DNA from: an uncultured Candidatus Saccharibacteria bacterium
GTDB lineage: Bacteria > Patescibacteriota > Doudnabacteria > UBA920
Length of the DNA: 64,000 nt
Reading direction: 5' to 3'
Assembly: GCA_964483665.1 (NCBI GenBank)
Contig: CAZACP010000001.1
Location: 70,358-134,357 of the forward strand
Shown: positions 35,611 to 45,522 of the stretch, piece after piece
Position numbering within the stretch: the stretch's first letter is position 1
Layout of the letters: each line of letters starts with the position of its first letter
The notes under the pieces: model-generated
Databases searched by the model: none
What the model was told of the DNA's origin: nothing
Seen by the model: only the letters and a program-made list of their open reading frames with translations
Program-made: the position numbers and the translations under genes

Positions 35611-36372
35611 TTATGTCAAAACCCTTGCACCATGTTTAGTTATAGCCACTGTGTGTTCAAAGTGGGCGGAAAGGCCGCTGTCTTTGGTGGAAATTGTCCA
35701 GCCGTCATGTTCAAATATCACAAAGTATTCTCCTTCGCAAAGCATAGGTTCAATAGCAAGCACCATACCTTCTTTAAGTTCTGGTCCAGTCCCCTTTTTA
35801 CCATAACACGGTACAGCCGGGTCTTCGTGCACGTCGTAGCCAACGCCGTGGCCAACTAAATCTCTTACCACAGAAAAACCTGCGTCTTCCGCGGTTTTTT
35901 GTATAATGTGGCTAATATCTCCAATTTTATTTCCATTCATAGCCTGTTTAATTGCTTCGGTCAGGCATTTTTTTGTGGTATCAATCAGCTTTTGCACCTT
36001 TGGAGAAATTGTGCCAACTGCTACAGTTATAGCCGTGTCGGTGTAAAGGCCTTTGTACTCCATGCCAATGTCTAGGCCAATAATATCGCCATTTTTTAAA
36101 ATAACATCCTTAGAAGGTATTCCGTGAACCACTTGGCTATTTACCGAAGTGCAAAGCCCGGCCGGGAAAGGGTTCTTTTTTGGTCCGTAGTTTTTAAAGC
36201 TGGGTCTACCGCCTATTTTATAAATTTCATTTTCCGCAAATTCGTTTAATTCCCAGGTCGAAACACCCGGTTTAACCAGGTTAGCTGTTCTATACAAAAT
36301 ATCGCGAATCAGCTTTCCGCCTTCCGCGATGGTGCTAATTTCTGCTTCGGTTTTAATGAGGCCGTGTTTCAT
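35611..36372 (-). CDS. map: Methionine aminopeptidase type I
   Basis: VVHGIP, DIG, GHGVG, EPM, AHFEHT. Confidence 0.96.
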   Translation of the reverse strand: MKHGLIKTEAEISTIAEGGKLIRDILYRTANLVKPGVSTWELNEFAENEIYKIGGRPSFKNYGPKKNPFPAGLCTSVNSQVVHGIPSKDVILKNGDIIGLDIGMEYKGLYTDTAITVAVGTISPKVQKLIDTTKKCLTEAIKQAMNGNKIGDISHIIQKTAEDAGFSVVRDLVGHGVGYDVHEDPAVPCYGKKGTGPELKEGMVLAIEPMLCEGEYFVIFEHDGWTISTKDSGLSAHFEHTVAITKHGARVLT

Positions 36373-36453
36373 AAATATTGAATCGGTCACTGTAATCTTG
36401 TGGTCTGGATCCTTCGGGCTTCGCCCTCAGGATGACGTCAGAGAGGAAAAGTT

Positions 36454-37068
36454 TTAATTAATCCTTTCGTCATAGTCGGAAATTATTTTAACTAATACTT
36501 TTCTAACCTTAGGCACCGGAGCGTTGGAAGATATTTTTTTAAATTTATAAAGAGTTTTAAAATATTTTACCACCTCGGTAATGTTGTTTCGGTAGTATTT
36601 AACCCGGTTTTGCAAAGCTTTTATATCGTCGTCCGCGCGTTTAGAAAATTTGCCCTTAAAATCTTCTTTTCGCTGGGTCATTCTGCGCACGGTTTCAGCC
36701 ATTGGAATGGACATATATACCACAATAGGATTAGTTCTTTTTTCTTCACGCAGCCATTTAGCAACCAACTTAGCTTCCCCTATCATTTTAGGAGTGCCGT
36801 CAAAAAGTATGCCCTTGCTTTTGGGCGTCGCCTTAATTTTTTCCTTTAAAATTTTTCTGACTATTTCGGTGGGCGTTAGTTTTCCCTTGTCGAGAGTTTT
36901 GTCCAGGCCGATTTTTGTTCTTAATTCTGTGTTCTTAATTCGCCTCAGCTCTTTCCCCATATCCAAATCGTACATATTAAAATGCCGGCACAAATAGGCA
37001 GCGTGAGTTGCCTTGCCGGCAGCAGGGTCTCCAAGGAGGATTAAATTTATTGGTTGATTTGTTTTCAT
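36454..37068 (-). CDS. Adenylate kinase-like NMP kinase (divergent paralog)
   Basis: GDPAAGKAT, FDGTPK, RADD. Confidence 0.8.
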   Translation of the reverse strand: MKTNQPINLILLGDPAAGKATHAAYLCRHFNMYDLDMGKELRRIKNTELRTKIGLDKTLDKGKLTPTEIVRKILKEKIKATPKSKGILFDGTPKMIGEAKLVAKWLREEKRTNPIVVYMSIPMAETVRRMTQRKEDFKGKFSKRADDDIKALQNRVKYYRNNITEVVKYFKTLYKFKKISSNAPVPKVRKVLVKIISDYDERIN

Positions 37069-37148
37069 TGTGCATTTAATACCCCATATCTACAATATCT
37101 CAATATCGTGAAAAGATATTATTGATATTAGATATTCACAGATTACTT

Positions 37149-37721
37149 TTAGATCCCCAAAGATTTATTTATAGAATCAGTTACTTCTTCTACCGTCTTT
37201 AACCCGTCGATTTGTATAAAGCTGGTTTTTTCTTTTAAGAAGTCTATAACCGGCAAGGTGTCTGTATAGTATTGTTTAAGCCTTAATTCTATTTTTTCCG
37301 GCGTGTCGTCTGCCCTGCCCTCTTTTTGAGCGCGCAAAGAAAGGCGTTTTAAAGATTCTTCTTTTGGCACGTCTATAAACAGAGTCGTGAAGTTTGTACG
37401 ACCCTGTTTTTGCAGAAAATTCATTAAAAACTCGGCTTGGTTTATGCGTCTTGGAATGCCGTCAAAAATTACTCCTTTGTTAGTGGAAATTTCCGAAAGC
37501 CTGGAGCTTACTACCTCGTAAAGTTTTTCGTCAGGCAAAAGTATACCTTGGTCCACCATAGCTTTTACCTCTTTGCCTAAAGCTGTGTCTGATTTCGCCA
37601 CCTCGCGTAAAATTCCGCCCATTTCCCAATAAAAAAAGCCAAGACGCTCTGCTAAGACACGCGCTTGCGTGCCTTTGCCGCTGCCTTGGGGACCAATTAA
37701 AAAAATAGTATTTAATGACAT
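37149..37721 (-). CDS. adk: Adenylate kinase (short LID)
   Basis: GPQGSGKGTQ, FDGIPR, RADD. Confidence 0.9.
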   Translation of the reverse strand: MSLNTIFLIGPQGSGKGTQARVLAERLGFFYWEMGGILREVAKSDTALGKEVKAMVDQGILLPDEKLYEVVSSRLSEISTNKGVIFDGIPRRINQAEFLMNFLQKQGRTNFTTLFIDVPKEESLKRLSLRAQKEGRADDTPEKIELRLKQYYTDTLPVIDFLKEKTSFIQIDGLKTVEEVTDSINKSLGI

Positions 37722-37846
37722 CTTATTGTTTATTTTACAATAATTTTGGTTTATTTGCAACAGTGTGATAAAATAAAAAAAAGCGACCGCAAGGTCGTCC
37801 CGAGCAAAGCGAGGGATCTAAACCCATTAAGAAATAAACACCAAAG

Positions 37847-39541
37847 TTGGACTCAAGTCTTTTTTATCAAATCACAGCTGTGCTGGTTTTGGCCGGATTA
37901 ATTTCTATAATAGTCAGCCTGCTAAAACAGCCAAGCATAATCGCCTTTATTATTACCGGATTAATTGTCGGGCCTTTTGGTTATGTCCAGCTTGAGCACA
38001 AAGAAGTTTTGGACGCGCTTGGGCAAATTGGCATTACCCTATTGCTGTTTATGGTTGGGTTGGAGCTCGACTTAAAAAGGGTTAAACAATTGGGTAAGAC
38101 CGCTGTCTATACCGGCGTGGGCCATATGTTAGTTTCGGCTGCGGCCGGCTATTTTTTGTCCAGGTTTTTAGGTTTTAGCAATACTGCCGCCTGGTATATT
38201 GCCGTGGCTTTAACTTTTTCTTCCACAGTTGTGGTAGTAAAACTGCTTAGTGAGAAAAAAGACATGCAAAGCTTGTATGCCCGAATTACGGTGGGTTTTT
38301 TAATAGTGCAGGATTTCGCGGCCTTAATCATTTTGTTATTTTTAGGAGGCTCTTCGGGCAGCAGCGATGTTTTTAGGGCGTTACCCGGCTGGCAGTATTT
38401 ACTCGCGGTTGTTGTTAAGGTTTTAATTATGGTTTTGCTTTTAACCTGGGTCAGTAAAAAAGTCTTTCCTAAATTTTTGAGCCGCTTTGGCCAGTCCGAC
38501 GAACTTTTAATGATTTTTTCGCTGGCTTGGGCTTTGGGCCTTGCGGCCTTTATGTCGCTTCCGGCTGTGGGTTTTTCCCTGGAGGTCGGCGGTTTTGTCG
38601 CGGGTCTTGCTTTGGCTAACAGCCAGGTGCACTACGAAATTTCAGCGCGCATAAAATACTTGCGCGACTTTTTTATTATTCTATTTTTCATTGTTTTCGG
38701 CACCAAACTGGCTTTTGCAGGAATTACGGCCATGCTGTTGCCGGCCGTTATATTTTCAGCCTTTGTAATTATTGTCCAGCCGCTTTTAATGATGCTAATT
38801 ATGGGTTACTTAGGCTATACACCCCGCACTTCTTTTTTTGCAGCCGTTACCACGGCTCAGGTTTCTGAATTTAGTTTTGTCCTGGTTGCGCTAGGAAGCC
38901 GCTTGGGACATATTTCCGACCAGATTTTGGGTCTTGTCACCATGGTTGGCATAATTACCATTGCCGCGTCTTCTTATATGATTTTATACACCAAACCGCT
39001 TTATAGAATTATGCATAATTTTTTAAAGAAGTTTAATTTTAAGCACGGAGCCGCGGAAAAAGGTTTGGGAGACGAGCAATTCAAAAACCATATTATTTTA
39101 GTCGGCGCCAACCGCCTGGGCAGCAGGTTTTTAAAAGAACTAAACAAAGACAAACATAGGCTTTTAATTGTGGATTTTGATCCGCATGTAGTTTTAAATT
39201 ATGAATTGCTGGGTTATTCGGCCATATGCGGCGACGTAGCTGACCCTTACATACAGGAGCAAATAAATTTGCCCGGCGCAAGATTGGTTATTTCCACCGT
39301 GCCTGACTTAGATGATAACTTAACTTTGCTTTCTACAGTCAGCGAATTAAAAAAACGCCCAAAAATGATTTTTGTGGCGCAGAATGATTTTGAAAGCAAA
39401 TATTTGTACGAACAAGGCGTGGACTATGTACTCTCCCCCCACTTTATAGGGGGCTTGCATTTGGCAAAAATTCTGGAAGAAGCTAGCACATTAAACGCGC
39501 TAAAAAAATTGCGCAAAGGGCATTTAGAGGCTATAATTTAA
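37847..39541 (+). CDS. CPA2 cation:proton antiporter with RCK/TrkA-N domain (KefB-like)
   Basis: LLFMVGLEL, SSTVVVVK, QD, QVSEFSFV; C-terminal GANRLG, CGD. Confidence 0.9.
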   Translation: MDSSLFYQITAVLVLAGLISIIVSLLKQPSIIAFIITGLIVGPFGYVQLEHKEVLDALGQIGITLLLFMVGLELDLKRVKQLGKTAVYTGVGHMLVSAAAGYFLSRFLGFSNTAAWYIAVALTFSSTVVVVKLLSEKKDMQSLYARITVGFLIVQDFAALIILLFLGGSSGSSDVFRALPGWQYLLAVVVKVLIMVLLLTWVSKKVFPKFLSRFGQSDELLMIFSLAWALGLAAFMSLPAVGFSLEVGGFVAGLALANSQVHYEISARIKYLRDFFIILFFIVFGTKLAFAGITAMLLPAVIFSAFVIIVQPLLMMLIMGYLGYTPRTSFFAAVTTAQVSEFSFVLVALGSRLGHISDQILGLVTMVGIITIAASSYMILYTKPLYRIMHNFLKKFNFKHGAAEKGLGDEQFKNHIILVGANRLGSRFLKELNKDKHRLLIVDFDPHVVLNYELLGYSAICGDVADPYIQEQINLPGARLVISTVPDLDDNLTLLSTVSELKKRPKMIFVAQNDFESKYLYEQGVDYVLSPHFIGGLHLAKILEEASTLNALKKLRKGHLEAII

Positions 39542-39543
39542 TT

Positions 39544-39581
39544 AGTTTCTTAAAAAGTGCGGCCGTTACTGACGAGAAACT
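39544..39581. repeat. 38-bp imperfect palindrome, left copy
   Basis: AGTTTCTTAAAAAGTG-CGGCCG-TTACTGACGAGAAACT; 30/38 identical to 40120-40157. Confidence 0.8.
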
Positions 39582-39603
39582 TTTCAATAATTTAAATTTA
39601 TTT

Positions 39604-40149
39604 ATGCCCAGACGCTATGGGACTTTTTTTAGCTTAATATTTGAGGCTTTGGATTTAGATGTGCCCATAATCCCCTTAGAAAGTCCTTATGAATTTTTAA
39701 AACGAAAAAAGAAAAAAGATCTATTATACAAACGCTACCAGCAAGAAATTTGGAAGATGAGACGAAAAGGATACTTAAATGTAGTTGAAAAAAATAGCAT
39801 TAAATTTATTAAACTTACCGAGAAGGGTCAGTTAGAACAATTGCTTCAAAAAGCAAATGTAAAAAAAGAGAGGAGCTGGGATGGAAAATGGCGAGTATTA
39901 ATTTTTGACATCCCGGAAGATTCCAGACTTAAACGTAACCAATTCCGTTCCTTGTTAAAAAGGAATAATTTTACCAAGCTGCAAGCAAGTGTCTTCGTTA
40001 GTCCTTATGCACTAAATCGGGAAGCCTTGATCTATTTAAAAGAAACCGGATTAATGCGCTATATAAGAATTTTAAAAGTTGAAGAAATTGATGATGACGA
40101 GGATTTAAAAAGAAAATTTGGTTTCTTAAAAACGACGGCCGTTTCTTAA
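39604..40149 (+). CDS. PaaX-like protein (wHTH plus Cas2-like domain)
   Basis: KLTEKG, WDGKWRVLIFDIPE, FTKLQASVFVSPY. Confidence 0.85.
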   Translation: MPRRYGTFFSLIFEALDLDVPIIPLESPYEFLKRKKKKDLLYKRYQQEIWKMRRKGYLNVVEKNSIKFIKLTEKGQLEQLLQKANVKKERSWDGKWRVLIFDIPEDSRLKRNQFRSLLKRNNFTKLQASVFVSPYALNREALIYLKETGLMRYIRILKVEEIDDDEDLKRKFGFLKTTAVS

Positions 40150-40157
40150 AAGAAACT
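40120..40157. repeat. 38-bp imperfect palindrome, right copy
   Basis: GGTTTCTTAAAAACGA-CGGCCG-TTTCTTAAAAGAAACT. Confidence 0.8.
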
Positions 40158-40195
40158 ATTTGACTCTTAAAACATTTAACAGCTAATATTGTTCT

Positions 40196-41626
40196 ATGCT
40201 TAAACTTTACAATACTCTAACTAAAAAAGTTGAGGAAATAAAAAAACCCGAAGGTCGTAGGCTGAATATGTATTCCTGCGGACCGACTATATATAACTTT
40301 GCGCATATAGGAAATTTACGCAGTTTTATTGTTGCCGATTTATTATACAGAACTTTAAAATACGACGGTTACGAACCGCGTTGGGTTATGAACCTTACTG
40401 ACATTGACGACAAGACTATAAAAGGCACAATTGAAAAGTTTGGCAAAAACGCGGGTGTGAAAGAGTTGTTTAATTTCACTGAGGAGTATAAAAAAGCTTT
40501 TATAGAGGATCTTCGCGAAGTTAATGTGTTAGTAGATGAAATAGAATTCATTCGTGTGACAGACAAAATGCCGCAAATCCAGGAATTTATTTTATTGCTT
40601 TTACAAAAAGGCTACGCTTACAAAGCCGAGGACGGCAGCACTTATTTTAGCATTGAAAAATATCAGCAGGATTTTGGCGATTACGGCCAGTTAGTGGGAG
40701 AAAAGTTTATAGAAGGTAAAAAAGTTGGCGCGCGTGTGGCGGTCGATGAATACGAAAAAGACAATTTAAGCGATTTTGCATTGTGGAAAGCCCATAACCC
40801 AGAAACTGACGGCAATATATATTGGGACCACACAGATTTAGGCAAAGGTAGGCCGGGTTGGCATATTGAATGTTCCGTTATAAACCACGCGGCATTCAAA
40901 GGCGAGCCGACGGACATTCACACCGGCGGCGTAGACTTAATATTCCCCCACCATACTAACGAAATAGCACAATCGCAGGCCTTACTGGGTAAGGGTAATT
41001 TTGTTCACCATTGGTTTCATTCAGAGCATTTATTGGTGGATGGTAAAAAAATGTCAAAGAGCCTTGGAAATTTTTATACACTAGATGACTTAAGATTAAA
41101 ATATTCTAAAAATTTTAAAGTTGGGTCTGTTCTTAGAAATCTTTTTACTGAAGTTCCTTATAACTCGGTTCAGAACTTTACGTTCGATGTTTTTGAATCA
41201 GCAAGTAAAAGTTTGGAGAACCTAGAAAAAAAGGTCGAAGAAAAAGTAATAGAGGATATTGATTCCCAAAATTACAAACAAGATCCCGCCCTGTTAAATA
41301 ATTTAAATGTCTCGATTGCCAGAGCCTCTATTTGGTCAGAGTTGAAAAGTTCCCAGCCTCTAACCAGCATTATCGTAAGTAGTATTGTTGGTACCGCTAC
41401 GGCGATGATCGGATCTGATATTAAATCGAAGATTATTCGTGAAGTGGATTTTAATGAAGATCCCCTACCAGAAAAAGTTGAACAATTACTTGCGGAGCGG
41501 CAGGCAGCTAGGGATATGAAGGATTTTCAAAAGTCAGACGAACTAAGGCTTAAAATAGCTGCTTTGGGCTATGAAGTTAAAGACACGAGCGAGGGTCAGG
41601 AAGTAAAAAAGAAAAAAAGTCTATAA
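40196..41626 (+). CDS. cysS: Cysteine--tRNA ligase
   Basis: CGPT, HIGN, DFALWK, GRPGWHIEC, KMSKS. Confidence 0.96.
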   Translation: MLKLYNTLTKKVEEIKKPEGRRLNMYSCGPTIYNFAHIGNLRSFIVADLLYRTLKYDGYEPRWVMNLTDIDDKTIKGTIEKFGKNAGVKELFNFTEEYKKAFIEDLREVNVLVDEIEFIRVTDKMPQIQEFILLLLQKGYAYKAEDGSTYFSIEKYQQDFGDYGQLVGEKFIEGKKVGARVAVDEYEKDNLSDFALWKAHNPETDGNIYWDHTDLGKGRPGWHIECSVINHAAFKGEPTDIHTGGVDLIFPHHTNEIAQSQALLGKGNFVHHWFHSEHLLVDGKKMSKSLGNFYTLDDLRLKYSKNFKVGSVLRNLFTEVPYNSVQNFTFDVFESASKSLENLEKKVEEKVIEDIDSQNYKQDPALLNNLNVSIARASIWSELKSSQPLTSIIVSSIVGTATAMIGSDIKSKIIREVDFNEDPLPEKVEQLLAERQAARDMKDFQKSDELRLKIAALGYEVKDTSEGQEVKKKKSL

Positions 41627-41788
41627 TCCCCTTTTATTCCCCACGTTATACAAAAAAGCCCAAATTTTGGGCTTTTTTAATGGTTTTATCTTATTTGATT
41701 TTTCGGTATAATGAAATAACCTTGACTCCTAATAAACTAAAAGTGCCTTCTGACTAACTACTAACAACTGAAAATTATCAACTTTAAT

Positions 41789-43165
41789 ATGGATTCCCCT
41801 ATTACCCCTCCCCAAAATTTGGAAGCCGAAATGTCGGTTTTAGGCTGTATTATGCTCGACAACGAAGCTTTGGTTAAAATTGCCGACTTGCTTACAGCCG
41901 AAGACTTTTACGACCCTCGCCATCAGGAAATATATCAGGCCTGTGTCGAGCTGTATGAAAAAAATATGGCTATAGACGTTTTAACCGTGACTAACCGGCT
42001 TTCGGAAAAATCTTTGGTAGAAAAGGCCGGAGGCGCTTCTTACTTAAGCCAGTTGGTGGCTGCGGTGCCGACAGCCAGCCATGTGGTTAACTACGCGCTT
42101 ATAGTCAGGAAAAAAGGTTCCTTAAGGCGCTTAATTCAAAGCGCTTCAGAAATAACCTCGCTGGCTTATAAGGAAGAAGGTGAAATAGAAGACATTTTGG
42201 ACCACGCGGAACAAAAACTTTTTAATGTTTCTCAAAAACATTTGCACCAAAATTTCCAGCCGATAGTTTCTATTTTGCATTCTACTTTTGAACGCATAGA
42301 CGAACTCCACAGAGACAAAGGCAAGCTGCGAGGTGTGCCTACAGGTTATATAGATTTAGATAATCTGTTGGGAGGTTTTCAGAAATCGGACTTAATAGTC
42401 TTGGCGGCCAGGCCTTCTATGGGTAAAACTTCTTTGGCTTTAGACATAATGCGCCAGGTAGCGGTTAACCAAAAACAGGGCGTGGGCATTTTTTCTTTGG
42501 AAATGAGTAAAGACCAGTTGGTGGACAGGCTCCTTAGCTCTCAAAGCGATGTGAATTTGTGGAAAATTAGAACCGGACATTTAAAAGACGACGACTTTGA
42601 AAAAATCGGCGAAGCTATGGGCGTGCTTTCCGAAGCGCCAATATATATAGACGACTCAGCCGGCAGCAACATTATGGAAGTTAGAACCAAAGCCAGGCGG
42701 CTGCAGTCCGAACATAATGTCGGCCTTATAGTAGTAGACTATTTGCAGCTTATGGAAGGACGCAGCCAGGACAACCGCGTGCAGGAAGTTTCGGAAATTT
42801 CCCGCAGCCTTAAAATTCTAGCGCGCGAATTAAATGTGCCGGTTTTGGCTTTGTCGCAATTATCTAGAGGAGTCGAAAACCGCCCGGACAAAGTCCCCCA
42901 GCTTTCCGACCTTCGCGAGTCAGGCGCTATTGAACAGGACGCGGACGTGGTTATGTTTATTTACCGCGAAGATATGTACAAAGGCAAAGACAGCAAAAGG
43001 CCCAATATTGCCGAAATTCACGTTAAAAAGCACCGTAACGGACCAACCGGGCAGGTAGATTTGTTCTTTGACGCGGACAAAACTTCGTTTAAAAATTTAG
43101 ACAAAACATTCGATGTAAGCCCGCAAAATGTTATGGCGAGTGTAGTGCCGGAAGAACAAGGGTAA
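41789..43165 (+). CDS. dnaB: Replicative DNA helicase
   Basis: AARPSMGKT, FSLEM, DYLQL, DLRESGAIEQDAD. Confidence 0.97.
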   Translation: MDSPITPPQNLEAEMSVLGCIMLDNEALVKIADLLTAEDFYDPRHQEIYQACVELYEKNMAIDVLTVTNRLSEKSLVEKAGGASYLSQLVAAVPTASHVVNYALIVRKKGSLRRLIQSASEITSLAYKEEGEIEDILDHAEQKLFNVSQKHLHQNFQPIVSILHSTFERIDELHRDKGKLRGVPTGYIDLDNLLGGFQKSDLIVLAARPSMGKTSLALDIMRQVAVNQKQGVGIFSLEMSKDQLVDRLLSSQSDVNLWKIRTGHLKDDDFEKIGEAMGVLSEAPIYIDDSAGSNIMEVRTKARRLQSEHNVGLIVVDYLQLMEGRSQDNRVQEVSEISRSLKILARELNVPVLALSQLSRGVENRPDKVPQLSDLRESGAIEQDADVVMFIYREDMYKGKDSKRPNIAEIHVKKHRNGPTGQVDLFFDADKTSFKNLDKTFDVSPQNVMASVVPEEQG

Positions 43166-43337
43166 AATTATCCTAATTAACCTAATTGACCTAATTTCTA
43201 AATAATATCCAATGACTAATTTCTAATGTCCCTATTCGGTGGTTTTAGATATTTTGATATTAGGTCTTCAAATTTATTTAGGTCAATTAGAAATTAGAAT
43301 AATTAGGTTAATTCAAAATTGTTAAAAGAGACAAGCA

Positions 43338-43952
43338 ATGACTAAGTTACCAAACAGTTTAAATAAATTAATTAATGAGTTATCCAAATTACCCGGCATT
43401 GGTCCCAAATCTGCCCAGCGTTTGGCGTTTTATTTATTGAAGCGCGATAACATAGATATTAATTTTTTGTCATCCGCTATTTCCAACTTAAAAGACGGCG
43501 TTACTTTCTGCAGTGTTTGTCACAATATGGTGGAAAAAGACCCGTGCGATGTATGCACAGACCCAAACCGAGACCAAGCGCTAATTTGTGTGGTTGAAGA
43601 GCCGCTTGACGCGCTTGCTATAGACAAAGGCGGCCAGTTTAAAGGCGTATTTCATGTGCTGGGAGGCGTACTTAACCCGCTTGAAGGCATAGGGCCGGAG
43701 CAGCTTAAAATAGATTCGTTAATTGAGAGAATTAGAAAAATAGAGAATGAGAGAATTAGTGAGATTATAATTGCGACTAACCCCTCACTAGAGGGCGAAA
43801 CCACGGCAATGCATTTGTCTCGAATTTTAAAACAAGCAGCGCCGGCAATAAAAATAACCCGCATAGCTAGAGGGCTTCCTAGTGGTGGCGATTTAGAATA
43901 TGCCGATGATATTACGCTAATGAGGGCAATGGAAGGGAGGAGAGAATACTAA
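43338..43952 (+). CDS. recR: Recombination protein RecR
   Basis: LPGIGPKSAQR, C4 zinc finger, Toprim VVEE, EGETT. Confidence 0.97.
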   Translation: MTKLPNSLNKLINELSKLPGIGPKSAQRLAFYLLKRDNIDINFLSSAISNLKDGVTFCSVCHNMVEKDPCDVCTDPNRDQALICVVEEPLDALAIDKGGQFKGVFHVLGGVLNPLEGIGPEQLKIDSLIERIRKIENERISEIIIATNPSLEGETTAMHLSRILKQAAPAIKITRIARGLPSGGDLEYADDITLMRAMEGRREY

Positions 43953-44047
43953 AGAAATGACAAGAATGAACAAGATTGACATAAATGACAAAAATTTAAA
44001 ACCCAAGTAATAACTTGGGTTTTAAAAACTCTAAAATATTTTACCAA

Positions 44048-44350
44048 CTAGATTTTCGTTATTTCAATCTCGGTATAATGTTGACGGTGGCCTTGAGTCC
44101 TTCTGTATTTAGACTTTGCTCGGTATTTAAAAACGCGGATTTTGTCTCCCCTGCCCTGTTTTACCACCTTGCCTTCAACTGTGGAAGTTAAGTAAGGCTT
44201 GCCTAAATTTAGGTCAGTACCTGACGCGGTAAGTAAAACCTTGTCAAATTTTACGGTGGATCCGGCTTCGCCTGTCAATTTTTCAACTTGGATTTTAGTA
44301 CCTTTTTTTACGAGGTATTGTTTGCCGCCGGTTTCAATGATTGCGAACAT
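44048..44350 (-). CDS. rplU: 50S ribosomal protein L21
   Basis: MFAIIETGGKQY, GHRQ. Confidence 0.97.
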   Translation of the reverse strand: MFAIIETGGKQYLVKKGTKIQVEKLTGEAGSTVKFDKVLLTASGTDLNLGKPYLTSTVEGKVVKQGRGDKIRVFKYRAKSKYRRTQGHRQHYTEIEITKI

Positions 44351-44425
44351 AGAAATGTATTAAGTATTAGGAATTAAGTATTAAGGAAAATAACTGTATT
44401 ATTTTATCAAAATTTATTAAAAACG

Positions 44426-45520
44426 TCAATGTTTGTTAGGTTGGTCAAATAAATCGGGAATATGGGGGTGTTTTTGCTTGTAGACCATAACCGCGGAAAT
44501 GGCTAAAAATACCATTACACAGAGTAAAATTATTAAAGCTATAAGTTTGCCTAAGGTTTGTAAAAAGACCGCTGAAAAGCCAAAAAAAGCGCTTAAAGCC
44601 CATAAAACCCCAACAGTTTGGCGCTGAGTTAGGCCAATGTCGAGCAAGCGGTGGTGCAAATGCAGGCGGTCAGCTGAAAAAGGACTTCTATGGTACCAAA
44701 GTCTTCTCGTTATAGCCCAGGCAACGTCTAAAATCGGTATCCCCATAACCAGCAAAGCCGTGGCGATTTTGCCCCCTAAAATGACAGACAAAATGCCTAA
44801 AATAAAGCCTAAAAATGTACTGCCTGACTCACCTAAAAATATGGAGGCAGGATGAAAATTAAAGATTAAAAAACCTAAAATACTACCCGAAAAAATAATT
44901 GCCAAAGAAGCGGTTATGGGCTGGTTTATATGCGGCAAGAGCGATAGCGAGAACATAGTCAGTCCGCCGATTAAAGCTATGCCTGAGCAAAGACCGTCTA
45001 AGCCGTCTAAGAATTTTGTGGTAAAAATCATGCCCATAAGCCAGAGCCAGACGAAGAGCGAGGAAATTGATAATTGATAACTGATAATTGATAGCTTAAA
45101 ATCCAGGGGTATTGGTGAGCCTAACGGGTTCGAAATTTGGGTAATGCCAGAACCTATTCCGGCCGTAACTGCAATTAAAGAAGCTAGTGCGGGAAAAAGC
45201 CACAAAACTTTTGGCGGCAAATTATATTTGTCGTCCAAAAAACCTCCTAAGGCTAAAACCAGGCCGCCGAGTAAAATAGCTACAAAAAATTTAAGCGGAA
45301 TAACGCTAAAATTTGGCTGGGAGATTTTTAAATACACTATTACCGACAAAGCAAAAGAAAAAAATATAGCCAAGCCCCCAAGCAAAAGAGTCGGCGCGGT
45401 ATGAATTTTTCTTTTGCCGGGCAGGTCAAAAATTCTTAAACGCAAAGCAAAGCGTTTTGCTAAAAGTGTAAACAAAACGGAAAAACCGAACGCCAAAGAA
45501 AAGTAAAGTAAATATTGCAT
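44426..45520 (-). CDS. Undecaprenyl-phosphate GlcNAc-1-phosphate transferase (WecA/TagO, MraY family)
   Basis: GFLDDK, LDGLDGL, NFHPASIFLGESG, DRLHLHH. Confidence 0.9.
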   Translation of the reverse strand: MQYLLYFSLAFGFSVLFTLLAKRFALRLRIFDLPGKRKIHTAPTLLLGGLAIFFSFALSVIVYLKISQPNFSVIPLKFFVAILLGGLVLALGGFLDDKYNLPPKVLWLFPALASLIAVTAGIGSGITQISNPLGSPIPLDFKLSIISYQLSISSLFVWLWLMGMIFTTKFLDGLDGLCSGIALIGGLTMFSLSLLPHINQPITASLAIIFSGSILGFLIFNFHPASIFLGESGSTFLGFILGILSVILGGKIATALLVMGIPILDVAWAITRRLWYHRSPFSADRLHLHHRLLDIGLTQRQTVGVLWALSAFFGFSAVFLQTLGKLIALIILLCVMVFLAISAVMVYKQKHPHIPDLFDQPNKH

Positions 45521-45522
45521 AA

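Noticed and set aside
39544-40157. CRISPR-Cas locus
   Set aside because: Only two repeats separated by a whole gene; no spacer array and no cas1 or effector genes in the window
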